Source: an uncultured archaeon (GTDB lineage: Archaea; Micrarchaeota; Micrarchaeia; Micrarchaeales; CABMGC01). From it: a stretch of DNA of 32,000 nucleotides. This document shows positions 17,283-26,481 of the stretch, piece by piece (position 1 is the first letter of the stretch; each line of letters starts with the position of its first letter). The DNA is taken from contig OY969902.1 in NCBI GenBank assembly GCA_963704435.1, forward strand, positions 780,001-812,000, read 5' to 3'. The position numbers and the translations under genes were made by a program. Under the pieces are notes generated by a model. That model was not told the DNA's origin. It saw nothing but the letters and a program-made list of their open reading frames with translations, and did no database searches.

Positions 17283-18692
17283 ATGTCCAAACGAAGGCAA
17301 GACGCGTTCGGAACTGGAGACTACAAGGAGAAGTACGGATTTTCCACGCGCGCCGAATACTTGGAATTCGAGAGGGGCCTGTCCGAGTCCGTCGTTAGGA
17401 GAATATCAAAGCTGAAGGGGGAGCCGAAGTGGATGCTGGGCAAGCGGCTGCTCGCCTACAAGGTGTTCGAGAGCAAACCGGTTCCCGAATGGGGCGCCGA
17501 CCTGAAGGGCCTCAACCTCCATGGCATGCAGTACTACAAGATGCCGAAAGCGGACGAGACCAATGACTGGGACAAAGTCCCCCTTGAGATAAAGAGGACG
17601 TTCGAGAGGCTGGGCGTGCCCGAGTCGGAGCGGAGATTCTTCGCCGGATCCGAGGCACAGTTCGACTCAGGCGTCGTATATGCGAGCGCGAACAAGATGC
17701 TAAGCGATTTGGGAGTAGTGTTCGTTGATACAGATACCGCGGTAAAGAAATATCCTGACTTAGTGCGGAAATACTTTGGAACTGTCATTCCGCCTACTGA
17801 CAACAAATTTGCCGCGCTGAACACGGCAGTGTGGTCCGGCGGATCGTTCGTTTTCATACCGAAGGGAGTCAAGGTTCCCATACCTCTCAACGCGTACTTC
17901 AGGATAAATGCTGAGCGTTTCGGCCAGTTCGAGAGGACGCTGATAATCGCGGACGAGGGGTCGGAGATTACGTTCGTTGAGGGATGCACTTCCCCCGTAT
18001 ACACGAGCAGTTCGCTGCACGCAGGTGTTGTCGAGTTGATTGCGAACAGGGGTGCGCACATAAGGTATGCGACCGTCCAGAACTGGTCGAAGAACATCTA
18101 CAACCTCGTTACGCAGCGTGCGCACGTTCACGAGGACGCGCACGTCGAGTGGATTGACGCCAACATAGGCAGCAAGACGAACATCAAGTACCCATCCGTT
18201 GTGCTGAAGGGCAGGCGCGCGAAGGGAGAGATACTCTCGGTCGCGCTAGCTGGCGAAGGCCAGGAGCAGGACAATGGCGGCAAAGCCTACCATCTAGCTC
18301 CGGGCACGACGTCGCGGATTGTTTCCCGGAGCGTCTCGAAGGGCAGCGGCGTCGCCACGTTCAGGGGCCTGGTGCATGTCGGCGAGGATGCCGCGAACTC
18401 AAAGTCGAGCACCGAATGCAGTTCGCTGCTGCTCGACCCTCGCGCGAAGGCAAACACATATCCCTACATCGAGGTGGACAGGGACGATGCGCTCGTCAGC
18501 CACGAGGCCAGGGTCGGGAGGATAGGCGACGACGAGCTATTCTACCTGATGTCCAGGGGAATAACTGAGGGCGACGCCACTGCGATGATAATACTGGGCT
18601 TCATAAGCGACCTGACGAAGGCGCTGCCGATGGAGTACTCGCTGGAGCTGAAGAGGCTCATAAAGATGGACATGGAGGGCGGAGTGGGATAG
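17283..18692 (+). CDS. sufB: Fe-S cluster assembly protein SufB
   Basis: 469 aa with FVEGCTSPVYTSSSLHAGVVEL, RGAHIRYATVQNWSKNIYNLVTQRA, YLMSRGITEGDATAMIILGF. Confidence 0.95.
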   Translation: MSKRRQDAFGTGDYKEKYGFSTRAEYLEFERGLSESVVRRISKLKGEPKWMLGKRLLAYKVFESKPVPEWGADLKGLNLHGMQYYKMPKADETNDWDKVPLEIKRTFERLGVPESERRFFAGSEAQFDSGVVYASANKMLSDLGVVFVDTDTAVKKYPDLVRKYFGTVIPPTDNKFAALNTAVWSGGSFVFIPKGVKVPIPLNAYFRINAERFGQFERTLIIADEGSEITFVEGCTSPVYTSSSLHAGVVELIANRGAHIRYATVQNWSKNIYNLVTQRAHVHEDAHVEWIDANIGSKTNIKYPSVVLKGRRAKGEILSVALAGEGQEQDNGGKAYHLAPGTTSRIVSRSVSKGSGVATFRGLVHVGEDAANSKSSTECSSLLLDPRAKANTYPYIEVDRDDALVSHEARVGRIGDDELFYLMSRGITEGDATAMIILGFISDLTKALPMEYSLELKRLIKMDMEGGVG

Positions 18693-18700
18693 GCGGTTGC

Positions 18701-19870
18701 ATGGATCACGAGAGAATGCTTGAATTCGCTGCGCAGGAGCGCTGCAGGATATCCGAGGAGACCGCGGGTCTGTACAAGAGGCACACCCTGCCCGCGGAGG
18801 TGCCAAAGGCAGGGAAGCTCGCGGCTTCGGGAATCCTTGAGGGTCTCAGGAAATCGATTGCCGCGGAGTCGCGGCTGCGCTTCGACCTGGTCTACGACGG
18901 GACGGAGTTCTCTTGCGGCAGCGACCTTGTCAGGGTCATCAGGAAGGCCCGCAAGCCCGGTGCCGGAAGCGCGATAGTAGTGGAGGTGCCAGAGGATGAA
19001 AGGGTCAGGCTCAATTTTCTGATTCTCTGCGGCGTAAGCCTGCCGCTCGAGATTGCCGTGGGCGCCGGACGCGGCTCCACCCTGAGCCTGTTCGAATGGT
19101 ATGGATCAGCGCCAAGTGCCGCCGGGGCCGTCGCGGCGGTGCGCGCTGTCGATGCAGGCAGGGGCTCGAGCGTCGAGATAAGCGCGCTGCACAACGAGGG
19201 GGGAGAAATGTCCGTCGAGTCCACGTGCAGCGTCGTCTCTCACAGCCATGCTCACGCGGTGTTAAACAACGTGCACATCGGCGGGAGCACGACCCGCTCA
19301 GTATCAATCGCCGATGCCGAGGGCGAGGGGAGTTCTGTCTCCGTGAACGACATGGTCTTCGGCGCAGCTAGCCAGAAGTTCGATCTCCTCTCCGTCATCT
19401 CGAACTCCGCTCCAAGGACCAGGGCGCTCATCCGATCGAGCTGCGTGCTTGCCGGAACATCGTCTTCGATGCTCAAGGGGAACGCCAGGGTCGCGAAGTC
19501 CGCAAGGGGCTCGGTCTCGCGCGTCGAGCAGCGGGGCCTGCTCCTTGACCCAGCGTCCCGGGCGCAGCTGCTCCCCGACATGTCCGTGGCCTGCGGAGAG
19601 GTGGAATCCGCATCGCACGGCGCCAGCGTCGCGCCGATCGACGACGACGAGCTCTTCTACATGATGTCGAGGGGCGTGGATGCGGCGAAGGCAAGGCAGA
19701 TGTTCGTCTCCGGCTTCCTTTCCAAAGGCCTCTCCGGCGTGGGAAGCGATACCGTTAAAGAGGTTGCAATTTCAATGATGCTCAACAAGTTCGGCAGCGG
19801 AAGGCAGTCCGGATCCCCGAAGATAAGCGCGAGGGACGTCTGGGCCGCGCCAGCGGGTGGATCGCGATGA
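18701..19870 (+). CDS. sufD: Fe-S cluster assembly protein SufD
   Basis: SufB/D fold C-terminus: SSSMLKGNARVAKSARGSVSRVEQRGLLLDPASRAQLLPDMSVACGEVESASHGASVAPIDDDELFYMMSRGVD. Confidence 0.9.
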   Translation: MDHERMLEFAAQERCRISEETAGLYKRHTLPAEVPKAGKLAASGILEGLRKSIAAESRLRFDLVYDGTEFSCGSDLVRVIRKARKPGAGSAIVVEVPEDERVRLNFLILCGVSLPLEIAVGAGRGSTLSLFEWYGSAPSAAGAVAAVRAVDAGRGSSVEISALHNEGGEMSVESTCSVVSHSHAHAVLNNVHIGGSTTRSVSIADAEGEGSSVSVNDMVFGAASQKFDLLSVISNSAPRTRALIRSSCVLAGTSSSMLKGNARVAKSARGSVSRVEQRGLLLDPASRAQLLPDMSVACGEVESASHGASVAPIDDDELFYMMSRGVDAAKARQMFVSGFLSKGLSGVGSDTVKEVAISMMLNKFGSGRQSGSPKISARDVWAAPAGGSR

Positions 19871-20592
19871 TTCTAGAGATAAGGGACCTGCATGCGGGGG
19901 TGGAGGGCCGAGAAGTGATAAAGGGCCTGAGCCTCAAGATACGGAGCGGAGAGTTCCACGTGCTGATGGGCCCGAACGGCTCCGGCAAGACCACGCTGTC
20001 CAACGCGATAATGGGCCATCCGCGAGTGAAGATCACAAAAGGCAGGATACTCGTCGACGGGAAGAGCATACTCGGGCTGGCAACCGACGAGCGGGCAAGG
20101 CTCGGCTTGTTCCTCGAGTTCCAGAATCCCATCGAGATCGAGGGGCTCGGCCTCATGAATTTCCTGAATAGCGCAAAGGCATCCGTGTCCTCAGGCACGT
20201 CTTTCAGGGGACTGATAGAGGAGGCGAGGTCCGCCGCCGCAGGGCTAAACATGAAGGAGGATCTGATGGGCCGGTCGCTCAACTACGGTTTCTCCGGAGG
20301 AGAGAAGAAGAAGATGGAGATTCTCCAGATGCTGCTGCTCAGGCCGAAGATTGCGCTGCTGGACGAGCCCGATTCGGGGCTCGACGTCGATGCCGTGAAA
20401 GCGGTGGCGGAGAACATAAGCAGGTTCCAGAAGGAGACGGGAGCGGGAATCCTCCTCATAACGCACTATGCGAGGATACTCAACTACCTTAAGCCGAGGT
20501 ACGTGCACGTGCTTTCCGACGGAAGGATAGTCAAGGAGGGCGGCCCAGCTCTGGCCGCGGAGATAGAGAAGAAAGGATACATGTTCAAGTGA
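19867..20592 (+). CDS. sufC: Fe-S cluster assembly ATPase SufC
   Basis: 241 aa ABC ATPase: MGPNGSGKTTLSNAIMG, FSGGEKKKMEILQMLLLRPKIALLDEPDSGLDVDA. Confidence 0.95.
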   Translation: MILEIRDLHAGVEGREVIKGLSLKIRSGEFHVLMGPNGSGKTTLSNAIMGHPRVKITKGRILVDGKSILGLATDERARLGLFLEFQNPIEIEGLGLMNFLNSAKASVSSGTSFRGLIEEARSAAAGLNMKEDLMGRSLNYGFSGGEKKKMEILQMLLLRPKIALLDEPDSGLDVDAVKAVAENISRFQKETGAGILLITHYARILNYLKPRYVHVLSDGRIVKEGGPALAAEIEKKGYMFK

Positions 20593-20624
20593 TATCATGC
20601 CAGGTTTCGGTGCACAGTGATATT

Positions 20625-21869
20625 ATGAATGGTTTCAGCGTAGAGAGGGTTAGGAGGGACTTTCCAATACTAAAGCGGAAGGTGAATGGCAAGAGACTAG
20701 TATACTTCGACAACGCTGCCACATCACAGAAGCCGAGGCAGGTCATAGACGCAGTTACAAGCTTCTACGAGACCTACAACGCCAACATACACCGCGGAAT
20801 GTACAAGATGGCGGAGGAGGCCACCGTCGCCTACACGGACTCGAAAACGCTGGCAGCTAAGATGATAAATGCGGGCTCGTACAGGAGCATAATCTACCTG
20901 AGAAACACGACCGAGGCGATAAACCTCGTGGCCAGGACCTGGGCCGAGGAGAACATATCCAAAGGCGACCGCATACTCCTCACCGAGATGGAGCACCACA
21001 GCAACATAGTTCCGTGGCAGATGCTCGCTAAGAGGAAGGGCGCGGTCATCGACTACGCGAAGCTCGAGGACGAAAAGTTCGTCGACATGGAGGACTACGG
21101 AAGGAAGCTAGAGCGCAAGCCGAAGCTGGTCTCGTTCTCGCACGTCTCGAACGTGCTGGGCACGATAAACGATGCGAAGAAGATGACCGACATGGCGCAC
21201 AAGGCCGGCGCAATCGTCATGGCGGACGCGGCGCAGTCGGTGCCGCACATGCCTGTCGACGTAAAGTCTATCGGCTGCGACTTCATGGCCTTCTCCAGCC
21301 ACAAGATGCTCGGTCCGTCGGGCGTCGGCGTTCTTTATGGGAGGGAGGAGCTTCTTGACGCGATGCCGCCGTTCCTCGGAGGAGGCGACATGATAAAAAG
21401 CGTGACCTTCAGGGGAGCGGAGTGGAACGAGCTCCCGTGGAAGTTCGAGGCCGGGACGCAGAACATAGAGGGAGCGATAGGTTTCGGAGCCGCTGTGAAA
21501 TATCTCACAAAACTAGGGATGGCTAGCGTGAGGCGCCACGAGATCGAGCTGACGCGCTACGCGCTCGGCGAGCTCTCCAAAGTAGATGGCGTTGAGATAT
21601 ACGGCCCTAGCGCGAACGAGATCGATAGGAAGTCGGGGGTAATTGCTTTCAGCGTGAAGAGCGCGCCGTCCCACGACGTCGCGACGATATTCGACAGCGA
21701 GGGCATAGCCATAAGGGCGGGCCACCACTGCGCGATGCCCCTGGTGAAGAGCGTGCTGCACCGCGAGGGAGTGCCGCGGATGAGCTTCTACATCTACAAC
21801 ACCGAGGGCGAGGTCGACAAGGCAGTCGGAGCGATAGCCAAGGTAAGGAAAGTTCTTCGCATAAGCTGA
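20625..21869 (+). CDS. sufS: Cysteine desulfurase SufS
   Basis: YFDNAATSQKPRQVIDAV, EMEHHSNIVPW, SFSHVSNVLGT, SSHKMLGPSGVGVLYG, RAGHHCAMPL; ORF extends to 20589; likely start MNGFSVERVRRDFP. Confidence 0.93.
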   Translation: MNGFSVERVRRDFPILKRKVNGKRLVYFDNAATSQKPRQVIDAVTSFYETYNANIHRGMYKMAEEATVAYTDSKTLAAKMINAGSYRSIIYLRNTTEAINLVARTWAEENISKGDRILLTEMEHHSNIVPWQMLAKRKGAVIDYAKLEDEKFVDMEDYGRKLERKPKLVSFSHVSNVLGTINDAKKMTDMAHKAGAIVMADAAQSVPHMPVDVKSIGCDFMAFSSHKMLGPSGVGVLYGREELLDAMPPFLGGGDMIKSVTFRGAEWNELPWKFEAGTQNIEGAIGFGAAVKYLTKLGMASVRRHEIELTRYALGELSKVDGVEIYGPSANEIDRKSGVIAFSVKSAPSHDVATIFDSEGIAIRAGHHCAMPLVKSVLHREGVPRMSFYIYNTEGEVDKAVGAIAKVRKVLRIS

Positions 21870-21873
21870 TGCA

Positions 21874-22503
21874 TCATCGCGCTCTGAAGCGCATCGATAC
21901 GATGTCCTCGAAGAAGATGTGCTTCTTGCATTCATCGATGAATTCGAATCCGTCACGCTTTGCCGTCTCTTTTATCTTTCCCAGGTCCGCGAAAGAGCTC
22001 GAAACTATTAGCATTTCGCCTCCTTTTGCCGTTCGCGGGGCCGCCTGATTGATGAAGTCCAGCGCTGTTTTGACTCCGCCCTCTCCGCCGTCCCACGCAG
22101 TTTCGGGAGAGCGCAGCTTGGGGGCCAAGTGCTCGCGCGGAAGATACGGAGTGTTGAAGACGAGAATGTCAAACTTCCTCGCTTTTGGCACATCTGAGAA
22201 AAGATCCGTGCGGATGAACGCGCACTTGGCGCGAAGCCGCGACTGGTTGAGCAGGAAGTTCTTTTGCGCTACCGCGACCGCCGCGTCGCTTATGTCGCAT
22301 AGGAACACCTCACTGACCTTCTCGGATTTTGCTGCGATGAGCCCGAGAATGCCTGTGCCGCATCCCATGTCGATGACTGCGAGCGAGGAGTCCTTGCGCT
22401 CTCGCAGCACGTCCTCCAGCTGCTCCGCGCAAAGGATGGTATCCTCCCCAGGCCCGTAGACACTGGGTACGGTCTCTATCTCCATTTCCTGCGCGTCAGG
22501 CAA
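21874..22503 (-). CDS. HemK/Mtq2-like N5-glutamine methyltransferase
   Basis: 209 aa: VYGPGEDTILCAE, VIDMGCGTGILGLIAA, DILVFNTPYLP; real start probably at MEIETVPS. Confidence 0.8.
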   Translation of the reverse strand: MPDAQEMEIETVPSVYGPGEDTILCAEQLEDVLRERKDSSLAVIDMGCGTGILGLIAAKSEKVSEVFLCDISDAAVAVAQKNFLLNQSRLRAKCAFIRTDLFSDVPKARKFDILVFNTPYLPREHLAPKLRSPETAWDGGEGGVKTALDFINQAAPRTAKGGEMLIVSSSFADLGKIKETAKRDGFEFIDECKKHIFFEDIVSMRFRAR

Positions 22504-22507
22504 GCGA

Positions 22508-23371
22508 TTACCTGTTCTTTTGATTCAAAAGAACTTGGATGAGTTCATCTGATCGCGAGTCCAGACTGATATTTCCGTCCATACTCTCATCAATCCCGCG
22601 CGTTATGTACCCTTTGAAAGTAAAGTTCTCATTCTTTAGGGTGCTTACGTACTCATAAGGCATTGCAACTGATCCTATTTCTGGAACTTCTTTGACTATT
22701 ACCGTATTCGATTCTGCGCCGATGCTCACGTAGTCAAAGAGATTCTGCAGCTCGGCATCCCTCTTAGCCTTTAAGTTTTCTGCTCCGTTGCTCGATTCCA
22801 GCTTCTCATACCTCCTTAAAAAGACAGGAGGCTTGGCATTCTCGTCGTATGTGGCGAAGATGCCTTTATATCCCATGTTCTTCAGCAGCCTGTTGTATAT
22901 CCCATCAACAACCGCCGTCATGTTTACGCGATTTCCTTTCACATCCTTAATGTAATTCTGCACCGCAATCTTGACTTCAACGATTTTCGATGGAGAATTG
23001 GACTGGCTCGACTCCTTCTTTTCAAAGAATTGCAGCAGATTGCGGTCCCTTCCGGAATACAGCTCTATCAGCGGGTCGCGGTTCATGAGGTGCGCGGATC
23101 TGCCCCTTAAGTTCGCCATCAGCTCGCCGTCGAACTTGCGCGCCAGATGCGTAAGCGCAACGCGCCTGAATCCATTCTCGACTAGCTCCGCCTTGAATGC
23201 CACGCTCTCGCCCTGCCCCTCGATCCCTCCTACCTCGAAGAGAACGCCCCTGACTAATTCGCCACCGCTTAAGCACATAGGCACAGCGCCTATCACATCG
23301 TAATCCTTCCTATGCACCGTTGTCGGCTGGTGCGTTATGCTACTCGCCGCCATATGACTACCCCCAGACAA
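22508..23371 (-). CDS. Hypothetical protein
   Basis: 287 aa uninterrupted ORF ending just upstream of the HemK-like gene on the same strand; no family recognised. Confidence 0.6.
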   Translation of the reverse strand: MSGGSHMAASSITHQPTTVHRKDYDVIGAVPMCLSGGELVRGVLFEVGGIEGQGESVAFKAELVENGFRRVALTHLARKFDGELMANLRGRSAHLMNRDPLIELYSGRDRNLLQFFEKKESSQSNSPSKIVEVKIAVQNYIKDVKGNRVNMTAVVDGIYNRLLKNMGYKGIFATYDENAKPPVFLRRYEKLESSNGAENLKAKRDAELQNLFDYVSIGAESNTVIVKEVPEIGSVAMPYEYVSTLKNENFTFKGYITRGIDESMDGNISLDSRSDELIQVLLNQKNR

Positions 23372-23446
23372 ATTGCGACGCTCAGGTATATATCTACTCT
23401 TTCCGCTTTCTGAGAACGTTATATAAGCTTTGAATCGGAAAGCAGA

Positions 23447-25234
23447 TTGATTTCGATGCTCTTCGAAGAGGTAGCGAAGTGCTATGGCCGCCTTGAGAGG
23501 ATCTCCTCGCGGCTGGAGATGATAGACGTCCTCACCGAGATGCTGAAGAAGGCGCGCAAGGATGAGATAAGGAGCATAATCTACCTTACGCAGGGCGTCC
23601 TCGCCCCTCCTTTCTCTGGGGTCAAGATCGGCATGGCCGAGAAGCTTGCCGAGGAGGCGATAGCGCTCTCCACGGGCGCAGACAAGCGCAGGATTGAGGA
23701 GAGCTTCAGGAAGACCGGAGACCTCGGGCTCACCGCCGAGCAGATGGTTGGGGCAAAGAAGCAGGGCAGGATGTCAGGCAAGAAGTTCGAGGTCAACGAG
23801 GTCTTCGGGATGCTGCGGAAGATAGCCACAACCGGAGGCGAGGGCAGCAAGGACCTCAAGATAAGGATGTTGGCATCGCTCATCGGCGCCAGCACGCCCG
23901 AAGAGGCGAAGTACCTGGTCAGGTTCGCGCTGGGCGAACTCAGACTCGGAGTCGGCGACGCCACTGTCCTTGAAGCGCTTTCCAAGATGGAGACCGGAGA
24001 CAGGAAATTCAAGGACGAGCTCGAGACCGCGTACAATATCTGCAGCGACCTGGGCACCGTCGGAGAGGTCCTAGCGAGGCAGGGCAAGAAGGGCATACTC
24101 GACTTCAGGGTCGAGCTGTTCAAGCCGATAAGGCCGGCGCTGGCCGAGCGGTTGCCCACAGCGGAGGACATACTAGAGCGGATGCGCGGCAGGTGCGCAG
24201 TGGAGAGCAAGTACGACGGACTGAGGGCGCAGGTTCACATCGATAGGAGAAACAGGAAGGTCGAGATATACTCGAGGAGGCTAGACAGGCTCACCGACAT
24301 GTTCCCTGAGATTACGGCGGCGGCTCTGAAGGAGGTCGACGCAAAGGAAGCGATACTCGAGGGCGAGGCCATAGCCTACGACGAGACCACGAACCAGTTC
24401 TACGCGTTCCAGGAGACCATACAGAGGAGGAGGAAGCACGGGATCGCGGAGAAAAGCCAGCAGCTCCCGCTCCGCCTGTTCTCCTTCGACCTGCTCTACC
24501 TCAACGGCGAGAGCTACCTCTCGAAGCCGTACTCGGAAAGGAGGGAGAAGCTCGAGAAGATAGTAAAGGGCGACGGCGTGATACGCCTGTCGGACAGGAT
24601 TGTCACCTCGAAGCCCAAGGACATAGAATCCTATTTCGACAGGGCCATCGAGGACGGCCTCGAGGGCATCGTGGCGAAGGACCTCGACGCACCGTACATC
24701 GCGGGTGCGAGGAAGTTCAGCTGGATAAAGATGAAGAGGAGCTACAAGGGCGAGCTCTCGGACACCCTCGACCTTGTCGTCGTCGGATTCTACGCGGGCA
24801 AGGGCTCGCGGACCGAGTTCGGGTTCGGCGGGATGCTGGCCGCGGTCTACAACGAGAAGCAGGACGTGTTCGAGACAATATCGAAGATAGGCACCGGCTT
24901 CACCGAGGAGGAGATGAGAACCTTCAAGAAGCTCCTCGAGAAGATAAGGGTCGCGAAGAAGCCCGCGAGGGTGGTCGCTGTCATCGAGCCCGACTTCTGG
25001 GTAGAGCCTAGGTACGTCGTAACCGTGAGGGCGGACGAGATAACGAAATCCCCAACGCATACCGCGGGCAGACAGAAGGAAGGGGATGTCGAAGTGGGCT
25101 ACGCACTGCGCTTCCCGAGGATAGTGAGCGACGGAATCCGCAAGGACAAGGGCCCCGAGGAGGCGACGACGACAAAGGAGGTCGTGGAGATGTTCAAGCA
25201 GCAGAGGAAGACGAAAGTCGAGGATGTTTCCTGA
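23447..25234 (+). CDS. lig: ATP-dependent DNA ligase
   Basis: 595 aa: nucleotidyl-transferase motif ESKYDGLRAQVHIDR, FSFDLLYLNG, GLEGIVAKDLDAPYIAG, KMKRSY; TATATAAG-like element just upstream. Confidence 0.95.
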   Translation: MISMLFEEVAKCYGRLERISSRLEMIDVLTEMLKKARKDEIRSIIYLTQGVLAPPFSGVKIGMAEKLAEEAIALSTGADKRRIEESFRKTGDLGLTAEQMVGAKKQGRMSGKKFEVNEVFGMLRKIATTGGEGSKDLKIRMLASLIGASTPEEAKYLVRFALGELRLGVGDATVLEALSKMETGDRKFKDELETAYNICSDLGTVGEVLARQGKKGILDFRVELFKPIRPALAERLPTAEDILERMRGRCAVESKYDGLRAQVHIDRRNRKVEIYSRRLDRLTDMFPEITAAALKEVDAKEAILEGEAIAYDETTNQFYAFQETIQRRRKHGIAEKSQQLPLRLFSFDLLYLNGESYLSKPYSERREKLEKIVKGDGVIRLSDRIVTSKPKDIESYFDRAIEDGLEGIVAKDLDAPYIAGARKFSWIKMKRSYKGELSDTLDLVVVGFYAGKGSRTEFGFGGMLAAVYNEKQDVFETISKIGTGFTEEEMRTFKKLLEKIRVAKKPARVVAVIEPDFWVEPRYVVTVRADEITKSPTHTAGRQKEGDVEVGYALRFPRIVSDGIRKDKGPEEATTTKEVVEMFKQQRKTKVEDVS

Positions 25235-25382
25235 GTGTCGAGGGGATTCGGGTCAAAAACCAGCAAAAATCTCCCCTAGACGGTCATGCAATAGCCTATA
25301 CCGAGGTAAAATGCCTGTATTCCGGTAATACTTCCTGTATCGATGTTCTGGACCTTCCACTTACGCAAAATTCTGCACAAGG

Positions 25383-25391
25383 TATTTAAGC
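25383..25391 (+). promoter_or_regulatory. TATA-like promoter of the ftsZ pair
   Basis: TATTTAAGC ~45 nt before the ATG at 25432. Confidence 0.45.
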
Positions 25392-25431
25392 TTTTTCAAA
25401 TCAGCCATAATCAGGCGATCAGGTTGATACC

Positions 25432-26481
25432 ATGGTAGGATACGAGAGCGACATTTTGGGAGCTGGCAGCGAGCAGAACGTACAGAGCAGCGCACAGATA
25501 AAAATTGTGACGCTTGGAGTAGGAGGCGGAGGAAACAACACCGTTAACCGACTGTTGAAGGTAGGAGTGAGGGGAACCGAGCTAGTGGCCGTCAACACGG
25601 ACGTGCAGCACTTCAAGATAATCGACGACAGGATAAAGAAGATACTCATCGGAAAGTCCATAACCCGCGGACTCGGAGCCGGAGGGGCCCCTGACATAGG
25701 AGCCAAGGCTGCCGAAGTCGACAGGCACGAGCTCGAGCAGGTTCTCTCGGGCGCGCAGCTGGTCTTCCTGTGCGCAGGAATGGGAGGCGGCACCGGAACC
25801 GGAGCCCTTCCCGTAATCGCGCAGATAGCGAAGGAGCAGGGAGCGATAGTGGTCTCGATGGTCACCATTCCTTTCGACCTGGAGAGGGTCAGGAAGGTCA
25901 AGGCCGCGGAGGGAATCCAGAAGCTGAGGCAGCACTCAGACAGCGTCATCATCGTGGACAACAACCGCTTGGTCAAGCTGGTGCCTAACCTGCCTATGAA
26001 CGAGGCGTTCGCGGTAGCGGACGACGTCCTGGCGAAGGCCATCGGCGGACTTGTCTGGACCATAACCCAGCCGAGCCTGATCAACATCGACTTCGCGGAC
26101 GTGAGGGCGATCATGGGCAACGGAGGGGTCGGCTTCATATCCGTCGGAACCGGAAAGGGCAACGACAAGGTCACGAGCGCTGCGGAATCCGTGCTCAAGA
26201 ACAAGCTGCTTGACGTGACGTTCGAGAACGCCACCGGCGCGCTGATACACATATCCGGCGCATCGGACCTGACGCTCGGAGACGCCATAAGGGCGGGAGA
26301 GGTCATAACCGAGCAGATGGACCCGAAGGCGAACGTGAAGTGGGGCGCGAGGATAATCCCTGGCTTCGAGGGCCAGATCGAGATCGTCGCCATAGTCACG
26401 GGCGTCAAGGGAGCCAGCGTGCTGGGAGCCTACGAGGAGAAGGAGAAATCAGCTTCCTTCACCGGGCTGGATGCGCTATAG
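25432..26481 (+). CDS. ftsZ: Cell division GTPase FtsZ (copy 1 of tandem pair)
   Basis: 349 aa: VGGGGNNTVNRL, NTDVQHF, CAGMGGGTGTGALPVIAQIAK, NIDFADVRAIMG. Confidence 0.95.
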   Translation: MVGYESDILGAGSEQNVQSSAQIKIVTLGVGGGGNNTVNRLLKVGVRGTELVAVNTDVQHFKIIDDRIKKILIGKSITRGLGAGGAPDIGAKAAEVDRHELEQVLSGAQLVFLCAGMGGGTGTGALPVIAQIAKEQGAIVVSMVTIPFDLERVRKVKAAEGIQKLRQHSDSVIIVDNNRLVKLVPNLPMNEAFAVADDVLAKAIGGLVWTITQPSLINIDFADVRAIMGNGGVGFISVGTGKGNDKVTSAAESVLKNKLLDVTFENATGALIHISGASDLTLGDAIRAGEVITEQMDPKANVKWGARIIPGFEGQIEIVAIVTGVKGASVLGAYEEKEKSASFTGLDAL

